DNA of 64,000 nucleotides from Hypnocyclicus thermotrophus (GCF_004365575.1 NZ_SOBG01000003.1:196997-260996), one strand, 5' to 3'. Shown: positions 36,270 through 48,270, numbered from the stretch's first letter. Notes: generated by a model not told the origin, from the sequence alone. Translations and numbers: made by a program.

Positions 36270-37157
36270 CTATATTATTCCTTTTTCTTTTAGCGCTTCT
36301 TCTGCTACTTTTTTTTCTGGATAACCTAATACGTCTACTTGATAATTATATTTTTGAAAATCTTCATTTGTAAAGTTTCTATTAAATTCTTTAAGAACTT
36401 TTACAATTTCTGGATGAGAGTTTGCAAATTCTGTTTTCATTCTAGGTACTGCATCATACGGTGGAAAAAAATGTTTATCATCTTCTAATACTTTCAAATT
36501 ATACTTTTTTAACATCCCATCTGTAGCATATGCTACAGCTACATCAATTTTACCTTGTTCTACCGCTATATATTTCAAGCCAGTATCTATTGCTACCTCT
36601 TCTTTAAAAGTAAAACCATATGTTTTCTTAATTCCCGGCATTCCATCTGGTCTACTAAAGAAATCAGACAATGCTCCAACTTTTAATTTTTCAGCAACTC
36701 CGACAAAATCCGAATATTTATTTAAATTATATTTTTGTGCAAGTTCTTCTTTAACTGCAAAAGCATATGTATTATTAAATCCCATAGGATTTAACCATGT
36801 TATCCCTTGTTTTGCAAATTCTGTTACACAATATTCATATATTTTTTCTGGATCTTTTAATCCTGTTCCTTTTAATAAATATTGATAACCTGTACCTGTG
36901 TATTCAAAACTTAGATCAATTTGACCAGTTTTTAATGCTTGATTTACTAACATTGTTCCACCAAATTCTCTTACATCTGTTTTATAATTTGTATTTTTTT
37001 CAATAGCAATACTTAACATTTGTCCTAGTATTCTTTGTTCTGTAAAATTTTTATGCCCTATTTTTATTATTTCCTTTTTCTTTCCAAATAAACCTGCATA
37101 ACTAGTAGCAAAAATTATTGTTCCTAATATCATCCATAATATTAAATTTTTTTTCAT
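36270..37157 (-). CDS. glycine betaine/osmoprotectant ABC transporter substrate-binding protein
   Basis: It is OpuAC-like, with a signal peptide, and belongs to an operon with a permease and an ATPase. Confidence 0.7.
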   Translation of the reverse strand: MKKNLILWMILGTIIFATSYAGLFGKKKEIIKIGHKNFTEQRILGQMLSIAIEKNTNYKTDVREFGGTMLVNQALKTGQIDLSFEYTGTGYQYLLKGTGLKDPEKIYEYCVTEFAKQGITWLNPMGFNNTYAFAVKEELAQKYNLNKYSDFVGVAEKLKVGALSDFFSRPDGMPGIKKTYGFTFKEEVAIDTGLKYIAVEQGKIDVAVAYATDGMLKKYNLKVLEDDKHFFPPYDAVPRMKTEFANSHPEIVKVLKEFNRNFTNEDFQKYNYQVDVLGYPEKKVAEEALKEKGII

Positions 37158-37179
37158 TAAATCTCTCCTTTTATTTTAA

Positions 37180-37824
37180 TTAATTTTGAATTCCTCTTGG
37201 TATTAATGCTTTTTCAATTTTCCCAAATATAAAATCTACAACTATAGCCAAAAGTGCTGAGGGTAAAGCTCCCATTAAGATCATATTATTATTATTCATT
37301 GAAAGACCTTTAAAAATAAATTCTCCTAATCCACCTGCTCCAATTAAAGCTGCTATTGTAGCTGTCCCTATATTTATAACAGTTGATACTCTAATTCCGC
37401 CCATTATAACAGGCAAAGCTAAAGGTATCTCTATCATTGTTAATATTTGGTTTGATGTCAATCCCATCCCTATTCCTGCATCTATTGCAGCAGGATCTAC
37501 ATTTGTAATACCTATATATGTATTTTTTATAATTGGCAATAACGCATATAAAAATAAAACAAAAACCGCAGGTAGCACACCTATTCCTAAAAACGGAATA
37601 ATCAATCCAAATAATGCTAAACTTGGTAAAGTTTGGAAAACATTAGCAATATTTATTACTAAATTAGCAATATTTCTCTTTCTTGTAATCATAATTCCTA
37701 TAGGCACTCCAACAACTATAGCTAAAGTTACAGCCATTCCTGTTATTTCTATATGTTTAATAAGTGCTGCTATAAGGTCATCAAATCTATAATATATAAA
37801 TTCATAAATATTAAGCTTTTCCAT
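37180..37824 (-). CDS. ABC transporter permease (OpuA/ProW-like)
   Basis: A multi-TM protein with an EAA-like loop. It overlaps the ATPase gene. Confidence 0.75.
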   Translation of the reverse strand: MEKLNIYEFIYYRFDDLIAALIKHIEITGMAVTLAIVVGVPIGIMITRKRNIANLVINIANVFQTLPSLALFGLIIPFLGIGVLPAVFVLFLYALLPIIKNTYIGITNVDPAAIDAGIGMGLTSNQILTMIEIPLALPVIMGGIRVSTVINIGTATIAALIGAGGLGEFIFKGLSMNNNNMILMGALPSALLAIVVDFIFGKIEKALIPRGIQN

Positions 37825-39016
37825 TTACTTCCTCCTTGTTTTGGCTTATAATCTCTTCTTCTATTATACAATCAGGTGAAATTTTAGACATAATATTTAA
37901 TATACTATTTGGTGTTATTATTCCAACTATTTCATTTTTACTATTTGTTACAGGAATACTTCTAAAATTCCTTGTTGACATATAATTTAATACTTGAACC
38001 ATATTTGTTTTTTCATCTACAGTAACAAAATCTTTTCTCATATAATCTTTTATTACTTTAGTATTGTAATTTAAAGTTTTTTTATTAAATTCTATTCTCT
38101 TTAAAAGTTTTGGTGTAATTAACCCAAGCCCTTTTTGTGGTTTGTCTTTTATTTTATCAACAACAATTAGCATTGTTGCCTCGCTTTCTTTCAATTTTTC
38201 TACTGCTCTTGCCATTTTACCTTCTGCATTTATTTTATAAACTTTCTTTCTCATAATATCTTTTGCTAATACTAATTCTGGTTGTCTCCAAAGTCTTTCT
38301 TTTCCTATAAAAAATTCTACAAAATCATTTATTGGATTTTTTAATATTTCTTCTGGTGTATCATATTGTACAATTTCACCATTATTCATTACTGCAATTC
38401 TATCCGCAATTTTTATAGCTTCATCCATATCGTGAGTTACAAAAATAATAGTTTTATGAAGTTCATCTTGTATTCTTATTATTTCATCTTGAAGTTTTTC
38501 TCTAGTTATAGGATCTAATGCACTAAATGGTTCATCCATCAATATAATATCTGGATCTGCTGCTAATGCTCTTGCAATACCTATTCTTTGCTGTTGTCCT
38601 CCACTAAGTTCATTAGGATATCTATCATAATATTCTTCAGGATCTAATTCTACTAGCTCTAATAATTCTTTTGCTCTTTCTACCCTTTTTTCTTTTTTCC
38701 ATTTTTTTATTTTAGGTAAAAGTTCTATATTTTCACCTATAGTCATATGAGGTAGCAAACCAACTTTTTGTATTACATACCCTATATTTCTTCTTAATTG
38801 TATTTTATTCATTTTTAATATATTTTTTCCGTCTATTAATATTTCGCCTTTTGTGGGTTTAATTAGTAGGTTTATCATTCTCATTGTAGTTGTTTTTCCA
38901 CATCCACTTTCGCCTATAAGTACTACTAATTCTCCTTTATTTATTTTAAAATTTAGTTTGTTTATAACATTTTTTTTACCATCAAATGTTTTTGAAACTT
39001 TTTTAAACTCTATCAT
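37811..39016 (-). CDS. ABC transporter ATP-binding protein with tandem CBS domains (OpuAA/ProV-like)
   Basis: Walker A GESGCGKTT and the LSGGQQQR signature are present. The C-terminus has CBS repeats. Confidence 0.85.
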   Translation of the reverse strand: MIEFKKVSKTFDGKKNVINKLNFKINKGELVVLIGESGCGKTTTMRMINLLIKPTKGEILIDGKNILKMNKIQLRRNIGYVIQKVGLLPHMTIGENIELLPKIKKWKKEKRVERAKELLELVELDPEEYYDRYPNELSGGQQQRIGIARALAADPDIILMDEPFSALDPITREKLQDEIIRIQDELHKTIIFVTHDMDEAIKIADRIAVMNNGEIVQYDTPEEILKNPINDFVEFFIGKERLWRQPELVLAKDIMRKKVYKINAEGKMARAVEKLKESEATMLIVVDKIKDKPQKGLGLITPKLLKRIEFNKKTLNYNTKVIKDYMRKDFVTVDEKTNMVQVLNYMSTRNFRSIPVTNSKNEIVGIITPNSILNIMSKISPDCIIEEEIISQNKEEVNGKA

Positions 39017-39381
39017 TTATTCCTCCTCATTTTTATTAATACATTATTTTAAATTTTCATTATTTATTTTATTCACTATAACAGTTATAAATTATTTTTA
39101 TTTTCTTTGTAAAAGTTAATTTTTCTAATAAAGTTTTTATTTATATGTTCAACACATTAATAAAACGTATTACTTTTTTAATAGTTTATCAGCAACTATA
39201 TTTAAAATATTTCATTTTTTCATTTTTAGATTATACAAATCATTGTATCAAATATACAATAATATTTCAAGTGTAAATTTATTTTTTGAAAAAAGTAATA
39301 TTTTTTCAAAAAATAAATTTAGTTGTATTTTATAAAAAAATATGATATCTTTATATTAAATTAATTTTTTTGGAGGCAAAA

Positions 39382-40143
39382 ATGAATAAAGGAGGAGCTC
39401 GAGAAGGTTCTGGAAGAAAACCTTTAAAAGACAAACTAAAAATCTTTAACTTTAGACTCTCTATTGATGATATTAAAATCATTGATAAACTGGGAGTAGG
39501 TAAAAATTCAAGTGACAAATTAAGATATATTTTAAAAAAATATAAAAGTGATAAAATAAACATAAAAACACGTAGAGCAGCATATAAGATAGAAAAATCA
39601 AATAATTTTAATTTATTAAATAAAAATTTTAATACTTTTATAGAAGAATGGAAAAATATAAATAAAATAAAATTTTTATTAAATTCAAATCTAAAAAATA
39701 TTATTAAAAAGAAAAGAATATTAAAAATGAAAGTATTTATAGAAAATAACGAACATTTCAATCTTTTACAAACTTTAAATTGGAATATTAATTTAATTGA
39801 TTTTGATTTTAAAAAAATAGAAATTTATAAAATATTTTTTCAAAAAAATGATATCACTCTTGAAATGTTTTTTTCTGAAAAAGAAGAAGATTTAAAACAT
39901 AATTTAAACTCCCTAAGCGAAAAAGAAGAAGAATTATTTTCTTTTCTTTTTGAAGATTTAGAGCAGTTTATTGCTACCTTTAAGCTCGAAATAGAATCTG
40001 AAATTCTTTTTGATAAAACATATTCAAATGGTGATATTTATAAATATCTTGAATATGAAAACATTACTATTATTGAATTAGAATATATAAAAGAATTAGA
40101 TATAGCCATTCTCACTACTTTAAAACCTATAGAAAACGTCTGA
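39382..40143 (+). CDS. hypothetical protein with N-terminal basic arm plus ribbon-helix-helix-like segment
   Basis: GGAREGSGRKPLKDKLKIFNFRLSIDDIKIIDKLG is followed by an acidic, repetitive tail. A GGAGG RBS precedes the start. The gene is flanked by ~350-400 bp AT-rich non-coding DNA on each side. Confidence 0.45.
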   Translation: MNKGGAREGSGRKPLKDKLKIFNFRLSIDDIKIIDKLGVGKNSSDKLRYILKKYKSDKINIKTRRAAYKIEKSNNFNLLNKNFNTFIEEWKNINKIKFLLNSNLKNIIKKKRILKMKVFIENNEHFNLLQTLNWNINLIDFDFKKIEIYKIFFQKNDITLEMFFSEKEEDLKHNLNSLSEKEEELFSFLFEDLEQFIATFKLEIESEILFDKTYSNGDIYKYLEYENITIIELEYIKELDIAILTTLKPIENV

Positions 40144-40144
40144 A

Positions 40145-40178
40145 AAAAATAGACTTTATTAATAAAGTCTATTTTTTT
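40145..40178 (+). terminator. rho-independent terminator
   Basis: TAGACTTTATTAATAAAGTCTA plus a T-run. Confidence 0.5.
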
Positions 40179-40581
40179 TATTCTAATAATAATTTTTCTA
40201 TATATTATATCATTATATTTTTACCTCTTTTAAAAAAATGTTCTATTTTTATTTAAACAATTAATTATAAAACAAAATATTTGTATTTATGTGCTGATTT
40301 AAAAAACAAATTCTATTTTTTTACATTTTTTTATTGACATTTTTTATTTTTTATAGTATACTTTTATCGTTGAGTAAGTCACTATTAAAAATGACTTATC
40401 CCACTAAATTAGAGTTTAGACTCTAATTTATCCCTTTAATGACCTCTTAAAATCCCTAAAAAAATTAAGAAGAGTTGCCTTTCCCTGGGCAGCTCTTCTT
40501 AATTTTTTTGTATAAAATAAAGGTATTTTAAATATTTTTTTGTATAAAATAAATAGAAAATATCTATTTAGGAGGTTTTTT

Positions 40582-41013
40582 ATGAGTTTATTTTATTTCT
40601 TTTTAATTATCTTTCTTATATTACTTTCTTTAGAGATTATTACCCCCGGTACTTTTATATTTTTTTCCTTTAGTATCGCAGCTTTAATCACTTCTTTTTT
40701 TACATTTTCTATAAAAAACACTAATATCCTTATGTTTATTTTTAGTATTTTTTCTATTATTACTATTTTTTTATCTAAAAAATACCTTAATAATTTTATT
40801 AAAACTAATGATACTAAAACAAATATCGATAATTATATAGGACAACAAGTGAAAGTCCTTAAAAAACTTGATAATAATAATTATAGAATTAAAATTTATT
40901 CTGAAGAATGGAATGCTATATCAAATTCTGATTTAAAAAAAGATGATATTGCTATAATTATTAAAAAAGAAGGAAATCATTTGATTATTAAGGAGGCGCA
41001 TAACAATGAATAA
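40582..41013 (+). CDS. NfeD-like membrane protein
   Basis: Two or three N-terminal TM helices and a C-terminal OB-like segment. The start was chosen at MSLFYF, which has an AGGAGG RBS. Confidence 0.5.
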   Translation: MSLFYFFLIIFLILLSLEIITPGTFIFFSFSIAALITSFFTFSIKNTNILMFIFSIFSIITIFLSKKYLNNFIKTNDTKTNIDNYIGQQVKVLKKLDNNNYRIKIYSEEWNAISNSDLKKDDIAIIIKKEGNHLIIKEAHNNE

Positions 41014-43153
41014 GAAATACGAAATAGAAAAAGGAGCTCCCTTATATGGTGCTACTGTTTTTTCTACTGGGGTAAATTTTGCTGTTTTTTCTAGAAATGC
41101 TACAAAAGTTACTTTAGACATTTTTGAAAATTTTTATGATAAAACACCTTGTCATTCTTTTGAATTTGATCCTAATATCAACAAAACAGGAGATGTTTGG
41201 CATATATTTATAAAAGGTTTAAAATCTGGAAAATACTATACTTATAGAGTAGATGGACCATATGATATCGATAATGGACATAGATTTAATCCTCATAAAT
41301 CTTTAATCGATCCATATGCAAAAGCTCTTTCAGGTAAATTTAATTTTGATGATGAAGCTATGTATTCTTATTTTAAAACTGAACACAATACTATTTCAGA
41401 AGTTGATGCCTCTCAATTAATAAAAGGTGTTATTATTGATGATAGAAGTTATGATTGGGAAGGTGACAAGCATCCGCGTACAGAATTTAAAGATACTATA
41501 ATTTATGAAATGCATGTAAGCTTATTTACTATGAATAAAAATTCTAATGTAAAAAATCGAGGAACTTATAGAGGAATTATTGAAAAAGTTGATCATTTAA
41601 AAGAGCTTGGAATTACCGCTATTGAACTTTTACCCATTTTTGAATTTAACCAAGATGAACTTATTAGAACTAATCCTGTAACAGGTGAACTTCTTAAAAA
41701 TGTTTGGGGATACAATCCTATAGGTTTTTTTGCTCCTACTGGTAATTATCTTTCAGGAGATCAAACTTATGGAATGCGAATAGGACAGCAAGTTTTTGAA
41801 TTTAAAGATTTTATAAAAGAAATGCATAAAAATGGAATAGAAGTTATTCTTGATGTTGTATACAATCATACAGGTGAAGGAAATGAAATGGGGCCGACTA
41901 TTTCTTTTAAAGGCTTTGATAATTCTATTTATTATTTATTAGAAAAAAATAAAAGATATTACGCTAATTATTCCGGTACTGGAAATACTTTTAATTGTAG
42001 CCATACAGTAGTAAAAGAATTAATAATAGATAGTCTTAGATATTGGGCTACAGAAATGCATGTAGATGGATTTAGATTTGACCTTGCAGCTATACTTGGT
42101 AGAGATAGTAACGGTAAATGGATTGGTGATATGTCTCTTTTAAAAGATATTGCTGATGACCCTATATTATCTGGTACAAAGCTTATTGCTGAAGGCTGGG
42201 ATGCTGCTGGTGGGTATTTTGTTGGTGAATTTCCTGTCGGTTGGGCTGAATGGAATGGAAAATTTAGAGATTGTGTAAGAAAATTTATTAAAGGAGACCC
42301 TGGCCAAGTTTCTGAGTTAGCTACTCGTATAGTTGGAAGTCCAGATTTATTTTATAAATATGGTAGACGTCCTTATCATAGTATAAATTTTATTACTGCT
42401 CATGACGGATTTACTATGTGGGATTTAGTATCATACAATGAAAAACATAACTTCCCAAACGGTGAAAATAATATGGATGGTGCTAATGATAATTATTCTT
42501 GGAATCATGGTATTGAAGGAGAAACTAGAGATATAAAAATTATAAATTTAAGAAAAAGACAATTAAAAAATTTTATGGTTATACTAATGCTTTCTCAAGG
42601 TGTCCCTATGATACTTATGGGAGATGAATTTGCAAAAACTCAAAGAGGAAATAATAATGCTTATTGTCAAGATAACGAAACTAACTGGCTTGATTGGTCT
42701 AGAAAAGATTCTTTTAGAGATATCTTTAGATTCTTTAAAAAAATGGTAAACTTTAGAAAAAATCATCATTCTTTAAAAAGAGCTCATTTCTTTAAATCAG
42801 AGGATATTAGCGGAAATGGTGTGGCAGATATTACTTGGCATGGTACAAAATTAAATAAACCCGATTGGAGTCAAGATTCAAGAACTTTAGCTTTTATGAT
42901 AAGTGGAGAAGATTTTAGTGATGACAGTCCTAATGATAATGATATTTATGTAGCCCTTAACTCATACTGGGAACCATTATGGTTTGAACTTCCAAAGCTT
43001 GAAGGTAAAAAATGGTATCGAGTTGTTGATACCTATAGAAATTATGGTGATGATTTTCTAGAAGAATATGAAGAAATCAAAGATGAGAAATATCTTGTAA
43101 TGGATAGGAGTTCTATTATTCTTATTTCTAAAAAATTTAAAAAAGAAAAATAA
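41006..43153 (+). CDS. glgX: glycogen debranching enzyme GlgX/isoamylase type (GH13)
   Basis: VILDVVYNHTGEGN, GFRFDLAAIL, and an N-terminal CBM48-like region. Confidence 0.8.
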   Translation: MNKKYEIEKGAPLYGATVFSTGVNFAVFSRNATKVTLDIFENFYDKTPCHSFEFDPNINKTGDVWHIFIKGLKSGKYYTYRVDGPYDIDNGHRFNPHKSLIDPYAKALSGKFNFDDEAMYSYFKTEHNTISEVDASQLIKGVIIDDRSYDWEGDKHPRTEFKDTIIYEMHVSLFTMNKNSNVKNRGTYRGIIEKVDHLKELGITAIELLPIFEFNQDELIRTNPVTGELLKNVWGYNPIGFFAPTGNYLSGDQTYGMRIGQQVFEFKDFIKEMHKNGIEVILDVVYNHTGEGNEMGPTISFKGFDNSIYYLLEKNKRYYANYSGTGNTFNCSHTVVKELIIDSLRYWATEMHVDGFRFDLAAILGRDSNGKWIGDMSLLKDIADDPILSGTKLIAEGWDAAGGYFVGEFPVGWAEWNGKFRDCVRKFIKGDPGQVSELATRIVGSPDLFYKYGRRPYHSINFITAHDGFTMWDLVSYNEKHNFPNGENNMDGANDNYSWNHGIEGETRDIKIINLRKRQLKNFMVILMLSQGVPMILMGDEFAKTQRGNNNAYCQDNETNWLDWSRKDSFRDIFRFFKKMVNFRKNHHSLKRAHFFKSEDISGNGVADITWHGTKLNKPDWSQDSRTLAFMISGEDFSDDSPNDNDIYVALNSYWEPLWFELPKLEGKKWYRVVDTYRNYGDDFLEEYEEIKDEKYLVMDRSSIILISKKFKKEK

Positions 43154-43169
43154 ATATTTTAATAAATTT

Positions 43170-43200
43170 AAAAGGCTGTGAAATATCACAGCCTTATTTA
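43170..43200. terminator. bidirectional terminator between glgX and metH
   Basis: AAGGCTGTGAAATATCACAGCCTT flanked by A and T runs. Confidence 0.55.
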
Positions 43201-46200
43201 TATTCTAAATTATGTGCTAAATTTTTCCTAGCTTCATCAAATGTTATGTTTTTTCTTTTTGCATAGTCTGCCACTTGCTCTTTATCTATTCTGTTAATAT
43301 TAAAATATTTTGAATTTTTATTTGCAAAATAAAGCCCACACACACTAGCTGTAGGAAACATTGCATAATTTTCTGTTAATAAAATATCTATTTTATTTGT
43401 TATATCCAATAGATCAAATAATACTTTCTTTTCAGAATGGTCTGGAATAGATGGATATCCAATAGCTGGTCTAATTCCTTGATATTTTACTTGCAGTTCT
43501 TCACTAACTGTTAAATTTTCTGAGTTTGCATATCCCCAGATATCTTTTCTTATCTTTTCATGTAAAAGTTCTGCAAATGCTTCGGCTAATCTATCTCCTA
43601 GTATAGTATACATTATAGCTAAATATTCATTACCTTCAGCTCTATACTTTTCTGCTAATTCTTTTACTCCGTGTCCAGCTGTTAATGCAAAAAATCCTAT
43701 ATAATCTATTTTATTACTGTTTTTAGGAGCTATATAATCTACTAAAGATAAATTATTTTCTAAATCTTTTTCTTGCTGCCTTAACATATTAAATCTAGCT
43801 AAAACTTTTTCTTTTGATTCATTATTATAAACTTCTATATATTCATCTACACTATTTGCAGGCAAAATACCATAAGCAGCATTCGCTTTAAATAATTTGT
43901 TAGATATTATATCTTTTAATGCAATTTGTGCATCATCATATAATTTTTTAGCTTCTTCTTTATATTTTTCATCTTGCATTATTTTTGGATATGGTATTTT
44001 CATTTGCCAAGCAAAAAAGAAAAAAGTCCAATCTATATATTTACTAATTTCTTCTAACGGATATTCATAAATATAATTTATTCCCATAACCTTTGGCTTA
44101 TAAATTTCTTCTGTTTCCCAATCTAACTTCAATCTTTTCTTTTTTGCTTCTTTAAAAGATAATAATGTATTATTATCTCTATTTAAAAATTTATCTCTGA
44201 TAATTTTATATTCTTTATTAATTTCATTTATAAAATCTTTTCTTTTTTCCTTATTACAAAGTTTTTTTGCCACAGGAACAGTTCTAGATGCATCTAATAC
44301 ATGAACTACACCTTTTGAATAATACGGTGCTATTTTTACTGCTGTATGTTTTTTAGAAGTTGTTGCTCCACCTATCATTACAGGAATATCCATATTTTCT
44401 TTTTCCATTAAAGTAACAATATTTGTCATTTCTTCTAATGAAGGAGTAATAAGACCACTTAATCCTATTATGTCTACATTTAATTCTTTAGCTTTTTTAA
44501 TTATTTCTTCTGCTGAAACCATTACTCCAAGGTCAATAACTTCAAAATTATTACAAGCTAAAACAACACCTACTATATTTTTACCTATATCATGTACATC
44601 TCCTTTTACAGTAGCCATAAGAACTTTCCCTTCATTTTGAGAATCGCCCTCTTTTTTTTCAGCTTCTATATATGGCATTAAATACTCAACTGCTTTTTTC
44701 ATTACGCGAGCACTTTTTACTACTTGTGGTAAAAACATTTTCCCACTACCAAATAAATCCCCTACAATATTCATTCCTGCCATTAATGGTTTTTCAATTA
44801 TCTCTAAAGCACTATTATATGAATTTCTTGCTTCTTCTACATCTTCATTTATATATTCAACTATTCCTTTTACAAGTGCATGAGATAGTCTTTCTTCAAT
44901 TGTTCCTTTTCTCCATTCTAATCTTTTACTATTATCTTTATTATTACTTTGCCCTTTTACTTTTTCAGCATAATCAATAAGTCTTTCTGTTGCATCTTCA
45001 CGTTTATTTAATATTACATCTTCTACATACTCTAAAAGCTCTTTTGGTATATCATCATACACTTGAAGCATATTAGGATTTACTATTCCCATATCCATTC
45101 CATTTTTTATTGCATAATATAAAAAAACAGAATGCATAGCTTCTCTTATAATATTATTTCCTCTAAATGAAAAAGATATATTACTTACTCCTCCACTTAC
45201 TTTTGCATATGGCAAATTTTCTTTTATCCATTTTACCGCATTTATAAAATCAACAGCATAATTATTATGCTCTTCTATTCCTGTAGCTACTGCTAATATA
45301 TTTGGATCAAAAATTATATCTGCTGGATTAAATTTAACTTTTTCAACAAGAATATCATATGATCTTTTACAAATTTCTATTTTTCTTTCATATGAATCAG
45401 CTTGTCCTTGTTCATCAAAAGCCATTACTACAACAGCAGCACCATATTTTTTTATAAGTTTAGCTTGTCTAATAAATTCTTCTTCTCCTACTTTTAAACT
45501 TATTGAGTTTACTATAGATTTTCCTTGCAAACATTTTAGCCCTGCTTCAATCACTTCCCACTTTGAAGAATCTATCATAATTGGTACTTTAGCTATTTCT
45601 GGTTCACTCATTACAAGATTAAGAAATTTAACCATTTCTTCTTTTGCATTAAGCATTCCATCATCCATATTTATATCAATAATTTGTGCTCCACCCTCTA
45701 CTTGATCTCTTGCTACTGACAAAGCCTCTTCATATTTTTTTTCATTTATAAGTCTTAAAAATTTTCTTGAACCTGCTACATTTGTTCTTTCTCCTACATT
45801 TATGAAATTCATTTCTTCATTTATCTTTAATAATTCTAACCCACTTATTTTAGTTTCTATTTTTATTATTGGAATTTCTCTAGGTTTATAATTTTTAGCA
45901 ATTTCATATATTTTTTCTATATGCTTTGGTGTTGTTCCACAACAACCTCCTACTATATTTACATTTCTATTTTCAAATAAAGGTTTTAAAAAATTTGATG
46001 TTTCTTCTGGAAGTTCATCATATTCTCCAAATTGATTTGGAAGTCCCGCATTTGGATATACGCTAATATATAAATCTTCTGTTTTAGAAAGTTTTTCTAT
46101 AAATGGAAGTAAATCTTTTGCTCCAAATGAACAATTTAATCCAACACTAACAACATTATCATTTTTTATAGATGTAACAAACGCTTCAAGTGTTTGTCCC

Positions 46201-46862
46201 GATAATGTTCTTCCACTTTTATCAGTTAATGTCCCAGATATCATAATAGGAAATCGAATATTTTTTTCTTCCATATATGTATTTGCCGCAAATACAGCTG
46301 CTTTTGCATTTAAAGTATCAAAAATTGTTTCAATAAGAATTACATCTATGCCACCAGCTACTAGTCCATCTATTTGTTCTTTATATATTTCTACTAAGTA
46401 ATCAAAATCCACATCTCTATATCCCGGATCTTCTACTTTTGGAGATAATGAAGCTGTTTTATTTGTAGGCCCTAAAGCTCCTGCTACAAATCTTGGTTTA
46501 TCTGGTATTGAATATTTTTTTGCTATTTTTTTTGCTATCTCAGCACCTTTTTTATTTAATTCAAATACATGATTTTCAAGTCCATAATCTGCTTGTGATA
46601 TTCTATTTGCATTAAATGTATTTGTTTCTATAATATCCGCTCCTGCTTTTAAAAACTCTTCGTGTATTTCTGATATTATTTCTGGTTTTGTTATATTTAA
46701 CAAATCATTATTTCCTTTTTGATTAAAAGAAGAATTTTTAAATTCTTTCCCTCTATAGTCTTCTTCTGAAAGTTTATAATTTTGAATAGATGTTCCCATT
46801 GCACCATCTAAAATAATTATTTTCTTTTTTAATTCTTCGTATATACTCATATCCCACCTCAA
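43194..46862 (-). CDS. metH: cobalamin-dependent methionine synthase MetH
   Basis: A 1222-aa protein. The order is homocysteine-binding, pterin-binding, B12-binding ([10 protein letters not shown]) and activation domains. Confidence 0.9.
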   Translation of the reverse strand: MRWDMSIYEELKKKIIILDGAMGTSIQNYKLSEEDYRGKEFKNSSFNQKGNNDLLNITKPEIISEIHEEFLKAGADIIETNTFNANRISQADYGLENHVFELNKKGAEIAKKIAKKYSIPDKPRFVAGALGPTNKTASLSPKVEDPGYRDVDFDYLVEIYKEQIDGLVAGGIDVILIETIFDTLNAKAAVFAANTYMEEKNIRFPIMISGTLTDKSGRTLSGQTLEAFVTSIKNDNVVSVGLNCSFGAKDLLPFIEKLSKTEDLYISVYPNAGLPNQFGEYDELPEETSNFLKPLFENRNVNIVGGCCGTTPKHIEKIYEIAKNYKPREIPIIKIETKISGLELLKINEEMNFINVGERTNVAGSRKFLRLINEKKYEEALSVARDQVEGGAQIIDINMDDGMLNAKEEMVKFLNLVMSEPEIAKVPIMIDSSKWEVIEAGLKCLQGKSIVNSISLKVGEEEFIRQAKLIKKYGAAVVVMAFDEQGQADSYERKIEICKRSYDILVEKVKFNPADIIFDPNILAVATGIEEHNNYAVDFINAVKWIKENLPYAKVSGGVSNISFSFRGNNIIREAMHSVFLYYAIKNGMDMGIVNPNMLQVYDDIPKELLEYVEDVILNKREDATERLIDYAEKVKGQSNNKDNSKRLEWRKGTIEERLSHALVKGIVEYINEDVEEARNSYNSALEIIEKPLMAGMNIVGDLFGSGKMFLPQVVKSARVMKKAVEYLMPYIEAEKKEGDSQNEGKVLMATVKGDVHDIGKNIVGVVLACNNFEVIDLGVMVSAEEIIKKAKELNVDIIGLSGLITPSLEEMTNIVTLMEKENMDIPVMIGGATTSKKHTAVKIAPYYSKGVVHVLDASRTVPVAKKLCNKEKRKDFINEINKEYKIIRDKFLNRDNNTLLSFKEAKKKRLKLDWETEEIYKPKVMGINYIYEYPLEEISKYIDWTFFFFAWQMKIPYPKIMQDEKYKEEAKKLYDDAQIALKDIISNKLFKANAAYGILPANSVDEYIEVYNNESKEKVLARFNMLRQQEKDLENNLSLVDYIAPKNSNKIDYIGFFALTAGHGVKELAEKYRAEGNEYLAIMYTILGDRLAEAFAELLHEKIRKDIWGYANSENLTVSEELQVKYQGIRPAIGYPSIPDHSEKKVLFDLLDITNKIDILLTENYAMFPTASVCGLYFANKNSKYFNINRIDKEQVADYAKRKNITFDEARKNLAHNLEYK

Positions 46863-46899
46863 AAAAAATTGTACTACTAATGTAGTTTTATTAACAAGA

Positions 46900-46928
46900 A
46901 TATTATCATATTCTTATACATATGTCAA
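46900..46928 (-). promoter_or_regulatory. candidate sigma-70 promoter for metH
   Basis: On the minus strand, TTGACA-N17-TAATAT. Confidence 0.4.
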
Positions 46929-46952
46929 AAGAATAATATTTATCACTATAAT

Positions 46953-47001
46953 AAATAAAAAAAACTGCCAAGCATAATAAAACTTATTATTATGTTTGAC
47001 A
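46953..47001 (-). terminator. rho-independent terminator after the uracil permease gene
   Basis: A 13-bp minus-strand stem (CTGTCAAACATAA...TTATGCTTGGCAG) followed by UUUUUUUAUUU. Confidence 0.5.
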
Positions 47002-47013
47002 GATTTATATTAA

Positions 47014-48225
47014 TTATATATTTTCGGGTAATATTTTATTTAAAACTACTCCAAAGAGTGCTGCTATTGCAAGTCCTGAAATACTCACTGTTTTCCATAT
47101 TATAATATTGTTTATTCCTATTCCAAATACAAATATTACTGCTGCTATTATTAAATTTCTACTATGTGCAAAATCGAGTTTAGCATCTACTAGAGTTCTT
47201 ACTCCTACACTTGCTATCATTCCAAATAATATTACTGATACTCCTCCCATTACAGGCACAGGTATAGTTTGTAATATTGCTCCAAATTTGCCTATAAAAC
47301 TAAGTGCTATTGCATAAACTGCTGCTATTCTAAGTATTGCTGGATCGTATACTTTTGTTACTGCAAGTACTCCTGTATTTTCACCATAAGTTGTATTTGC
47401 TGGACCACCTAATAATCCTGCTACCATTGTTGCTATCCCATCGCCAAGCATTGTTCTATGAACTCCAGGTTCTTTAAAAAAATCTTTACCTACAACTGCA
47501 CCATTTGTTGTAATGTCTCCTATATGTTCTATAAATACTACTAACGCTATTGGTGCTATTGCCAAAATTCCACTAAGAGTAAATTTTGGTAATGTCAATA
47601 AGTCTTTTGTAGCTTCTGCTGAAAATCCTATCCATTTAGCATTTACTACTGCTGAAAAATCTACAAGCCCTAAAAACATTGCTACAATATATCCAACTGT
47701 TACTGATATTAATATTGGTACTAATCTAAAAAATGATTTTTCCATTACAGATATTATTATCATTGTAATTATAACTATTAATGCTATTATTAAGCTTTTC
47801 AAATCAAATTTTCCATTTGAATATCCTGCCATATTTATTGCTATTGGACTAAGTCTAAGCCCAATAACCATAATAATTGGTCCTGTTACTATTGCTGGGA
47901 AAAACGATTTTACTCTTTCTACTCCAAATCTTGATATTATTAATGACATAAGAACATATACTAATCCTGCTGATATTACACCACCCTTTACTACTGATAA
48001 TCCATCTTCTTTTAAAACTAAACTAATTGCTCCAATAAATGCAAAACTTGATCCTAAAAATACTGGTACTATTTTTTTAGTACATAAATGAAATAATAAA
48101 GTTCCTAATCCTGCAGTAAGAAGTGCTATTGCAGGATTTAATCCTGTAAGGAATGGTACTAAAACCGTTGCTCCAAACATTGCTAATACATGTTGTGCTC
48201 CTAATAAATACTTTGCTTTGTTCAT
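47014..48225 (-). CDS. uracil/xanthine permease (NCS2 family)
   Basis: It has a UraA/PyrP-like N-terminus (LGAQHVLAMFGATVLVPFLTGL) and the multi-TM NCS2 architecture. Confidence 0.8.
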   Translation of the reverse strand: MNKAKYLLGAQHVLAMFGATVLVPFLTGLNPAIALLTAGLGTLLFHLCTKKIVPVFLGSSFAFIGAISLVLKEDGLSVVKGGVISAGLVYVLMSLIISRFGVERVKSFFPAIVTGPIIMVIGLRLSPIAINMAGYSNGKFDLKSLIIALIVIITMIIISVMEKSFFRLVPILISVTVGYIVAMFLGLVDFSAVVNAKWIGFSAEATKDLLTLPKFTLSGILAIAPIALVVFIEHIGDITTNGAVVGKDFFKEPGVHRTMLGDGIATMVAGLLGGPANTTYGENTGVLAVTKVYDPAILRIAAVYAIALSFIGKFGAILQTIPVPVMGGVSVILFGMIASVGVRTLVDAKLDFAHSRNLIIAAVIFVFGIGINNIIIWKTVSISGLAIAALFGVVLNKILPENI

Positions 48226-48270
48226 AATTTCCTCCTATTTCATTTTAATCTATTAAAATTTTTTATATAT

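Noticed and set aside
39017-39369. Possible CRISPR-like or tandem repeats in the long AT-rich intergenic regions (39.0-39.4 kb, 40.1-40.5 kb)
   Set aside because: No regularly spaced direct repeats are visible. Only simple A/T runs and one terminator hairpin are present.
46863-47013. Possible SAM or B12 riboswitch upstream of metH
   Set aside because: The leader is AT-rich with only a sigma-70-like promoter. It lacks the GC-rich conserved cores of SAM-I or cobalamin riboswitches. The hairpin there is the terminator of the upstream permease gene.
47108-48091. Plus-strand ORFs 47108..47317 and 47513..48091 inside the uracil permease gene
   Set aside because: They are antisense reads of a multi-TM NCS2 transporter gene, with Ile/Thr/Asn-rich low-complexity translations.
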